Below are positions 32,601 to 35,647 of a DNA stretch of 35,647 nucleotides, piece after piece (within the stretch, counting starts at the first letter, position 1; every line of letters begins with the position of its first letter). The position numbers and the translations under genes were made by a program. The notes under the pieces are model-generated. The model ran no database searches, had not been told where the DNA came from, and was given only the letters and a program-made list of their open reading frames with translations. The stretch lies in contig LPNZ01011251.1 in assembly GCA_001655205.1 (NCBI GenBank), positions 1 to 35,647 on the forward strand, read 5' to 3'. Source of the DNA: Lenisia limosa (Eukaryota > Protista > Breviatea).

Positions 32601-35600
32601 AAAGGCAACATTTTGTTGAAATAAGATATCATATTAAAAACCAATAGGTTTACTGGCGGTATTTTGTATTTGTTATATTTTTTAGAAATGTAGCCTTTTT
32701 GTTGTGGTTTATTTCTCGGAGAATTGTTATTATCCCTTCCCCGCCAACATGACCATGAAATTGCTTCTTTCAGACTTTGGAAGAGATCAAAGGATGCTAC
32801 AAAATGTCAGGTTCTGCCAATATCGAGAGGGGATCGACCCAATAAAAAAGCGGGCAAAAGGCAGCTTTTTCAGCAAATATCAGCAATGAATCTCTAGTTC
32901 TAACAAAGTGAGTGTGTTAAAATAGTCTTGATCTCAACATTGTCCCAGTAAAAGCCCACAGAATTTCGCAGCAAAAGCAAGGGACGGTACATCGGCTGTG
33001 CCATGGGGTGTGTTGGCTCCATATGAGCTACTGAGACGTACGGTGGCTGTGTATGTTAGTCAATAACCAACAATGAAGAAATCTCTTGTGTGTTGGGAAG
33101 AAGTGGCGTGTAAGTTGAAAAAAAAAAAGTGAAGAAAAGAAAATGCTCTTGTTGCTGTGTCAAAATCGATTTCAACATGAAATTTAGCTATAAGAAGAAA
33201 GCAATCAAGTAAGAAACATTCAAGTAAAACCAATAACTCAGGCAGTCCAAACGATAACGACAAGCACATGATGTGACAGAATCTCGGACATGGAGGAAGT
33301 TCATGTATGTGGGGTGTACTGTTTCAAGGCATTAAGCCCCAATCCACCCACTGTTTTTAGGAACGTGGACAGTACAAAGGAATCTTCCGCTCGAATCAAC
33401 CTCCTGGAGGGGGTCCTCGCCTGAACCTGTGACCACCAAAGCCGTTTATTGGAATATTAGCGAATAACCAGACATATCAAATATGATATATTATTATATA
33501 ATAAAAAAAGGAAACACCATAATCCATAGGGACACCATTAACAAAAGATACTATCATATGTAGATAATCACGTTCAAAAGAGATGGGGACTGCATTCATT
33601 CACCCAATTATGCCATTTAAAAAGATAATAAGAAATATGACGGCAAATGGGAGTAACCCAAAATACCTGGGATATCATTAACACAGCGTTTCAACGGTGC
33701 CATGTCAGCATGCAGACAGATAGTACCTGTTCATGGTAAGATAAATCAAATGAAAATACAAGAAAAAGTAGAGCTTTAGTTCGATTCCAAATAAGAGAGA
33801 GTGAAATAATAATATTTTTCAAAGGGGTTTTTTTTTTACAAATAGATAATCACGTGAACGAAATGATAAGTAGAAGCTTTTTAACCACCAACCGGAATCC
33901 GTGGAGCCTGCTTTCTTGAACTCAAAGAATCCCCAAAGAACAATGAGCTCATTCATATAAGACTCGGAAAACGGCATGATGCTCAGTGCTTTCGGGTTGT
34001 TTTCTGAAGAGTCAATGAGTCAAGATAAATGCAGCATGGAATTGAAATATGAAGAAAAGAGAAATACAACAAGGGATAATCTGGCCAAATGGATATAACA
34101 AAGCTGAATCCTAAGCCATCCATCCAGTCCCCACGATCCCAGAATTGCGGCGGGTTGTAAGCGTCGAGTGGGTCGGGTGTGGAGCCAACCGGCGTGATCT
34201 CATGGATCTCTCCAGAAGCCTGAACTGCAACTGACTACATGGTCAGTATTCAGCATTATCCCAGATGAATCTGGCTGAAGCCGTCCACACAAACGTTAAT
34301 AAACAACCGCATATTGGTAGCATTCAACCCGAGATGCGCAAACCATCCAGTTTCCTGACAAGCTTCCTCCTTCGATTTTGTCCAAAGAAACGGTTAGCCC
34401 TGCGACCTTGCGCTACATATAGTCAGTGGTGCGAAGTACAATGAGCATGATAGGGCTTCACTTCGATCCAGACAATTACTAAATTTCTCGATAAACCAAG
34501 AGACTACATATCAAATACAGTGACCGGGATAAGTCTTGACCGATATTCCATGAGAAATCACATACCAAATCGGTCAAGACTTATCCATGTCACTGTATAT
34601 TTTGATTGTTTACAGATTTTTTTCGACAAGAGTGAATCCGTAAGTATGATATATGGCAATGAGGCAATTCCCACCGCTTGCGTCTCAGAAAGCTCGAGCT
34701 TTAAGGGGACAAGATGCTGTGTTGTCACCGGTAACGAATCGGTACAGGGGGTGCCAAAATCAAGAACACGGAAAGGACTGAATCGGTGACTTTTAATGAA
34801 GAAAAACAATGAGAGAGGGGAATAAAACGAAGTTGTATCATCTGGCCGTCCACAACATCACGCTAAGAAGAGATACTGCATTATAGTATAGTATAATATA
34901 TGTACATATTATATATAACATATGATAGTATAATATATACATATAATATAGTATATGATATAGTCAAAGCTCCGGACATCATTCAAAATCTCCGGACACA
35001 TCAAAACTCCCGGACAGCTTGAATTTTCCCTATAAAAGTACTATAAACTTCATTTTCATGTTATTTTCGAAAGTAATTTCAGTCATAATCACATGATAGA
35101 ATGCGGTTTTTACATATTCTTGGCTCCAACCCAAATTAAGTCACTTGGCTACCCGTTTGCGGCCCTTAAAGTGCCAAAAATAACCAAAACCGTTGTAATC
35201 AGCCACATTCAAGGAATAAATGGCAACTATCTGGGAAAGTTTGACCTTGTAGGAATAATAAATAAGGGAGAAAGAAAGACATTGCTCAAACAACCAAAAA
35301 GGATTTCATACAATGTGTGAAATATAAAAATTGATTTTCTAACTAAAATGGTACAGATTTCTATTTATTATAAACTGTATCTTTTTCTGTAATGCTTCTA
35401 TTACTTTCTAAATAAAAACAATGAAAACAAGCCCCCATCATACATCACAGAAGTCGCAACAGAGAACTGGGAAATCGTTGTACCAGGGGAGCGGTTAGCA
35501 TAGATGAGAACATAGCCGTGGCCTTGTGAACACACCAGGTAGTTACTGGGGGGTAACATTGGAAAATTTATGAAACAAAAAAAAAAGCCAAATCAACCCT

Positions 35601-35647
35601 GTTGGTTGATAATACACAAGGGTTGATAACAACAAAACAAAGCCCAG
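26622..35647 (-). CDS. Large multi-exon type-I surface protein with an EGF-like module and C-terminal TM helix; start lies beyond the window
   Basis: Chain of GT-AG exons: NYLVCSQGHGYVLIYANRS, ITPVGSTPDPLDAYNPPQFWD, MNELIVLWGFFEFKKAG, EGF-like CDLSLVNGICNGPHVYCDMGLSGDTCTD (about 31930-32270), GPTEVHLTSLNNGLIFTIP, HGRAEVVGNTFLIYHPFK, YPACSLSSLCNWFSQPV, TM start FAIATGITTVAFA (27082-27130), tail KKKSLMKPKHTSSSYVAVNDDDGAYVPPPGTLET*. Many exon parts are in N gaps; it could be more than one gene. Confidence 0.6.
34518..34595. mobile_element. 78-bp MITE with 27-bp TIRs starting CAGT and TA flanks (Tc1/mariner-pogo type ends)
   Basis: cagtgaccgggataagtcttgaccgat ... atcggtcaagacttatccatgtcactg (2 mismatches). 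TA at 34516-34517 and 34596-34597. Intronic. Confidence 0.85.
34961..35016 (+). repeat. Three caaa..ctcc(c)ggaca motifs, possibly the subterminal repeats of a truncated DNA transposon end
   Basis: caaagctccggaca, caaaatctccggaca and caaaactcccggaca follow tagtc next to an AT-rich tract. No matching inverted end found in the window. Confidence 0.4.

Noticed and set aside
35093-35320. Plus-strand 75-aa ORF
   Set aside because: Lies antisense within an intron of the large minus-strand gene, next to a probable transposon end; no recognisable motif.
1-35647. tRNA, rRNA, CRISPR array or prokaryotic operon
   Set aside because: No cloverleaf, rRNA-like tract or repeat-spacer array seen; all genes are spliceosomal-intron-containing eukaryotic genes.

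Overview
AT-rich, intron-dense eukaryotic draft sequence (GT-AG introns of about 30-840 nt, standard genetic code, many N gaps beside G/C homopolymers). The species cannot be identified from the sequence; an intron-rich protist is inferred. All gene models were spliced by hand. In order: (1) 5' part of DNA polymerase epsilon catalytic subunit (-), running off the window start; (2) orphan secreted-protein gene (+); (3) type-I membrane protein with five exon-pair Cys-rich modules, FG-GAP-like repeats and Ser/Glu spacers (-); (4) orphan membrane protein (-); (5) a 5' fragment duplicating the start of the MACPF gene, joined across a 10-N gap to (6) the 3' half of a spermine synthase-like gene (+); (7) a secreted MACPF/perforin-like gene with a SAM-like N-terminus, EGF-like repeats and a C-terminal array of CxxCxGxG motifs (+); (8) an acidic terminal exon and (9) a >9 kb EGF-containing surface-protein gene (-) starting beyond the window end. 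Several introns contain TIR/MITE-like elements. The most unusual object is the MACPF protein's domain architecture.
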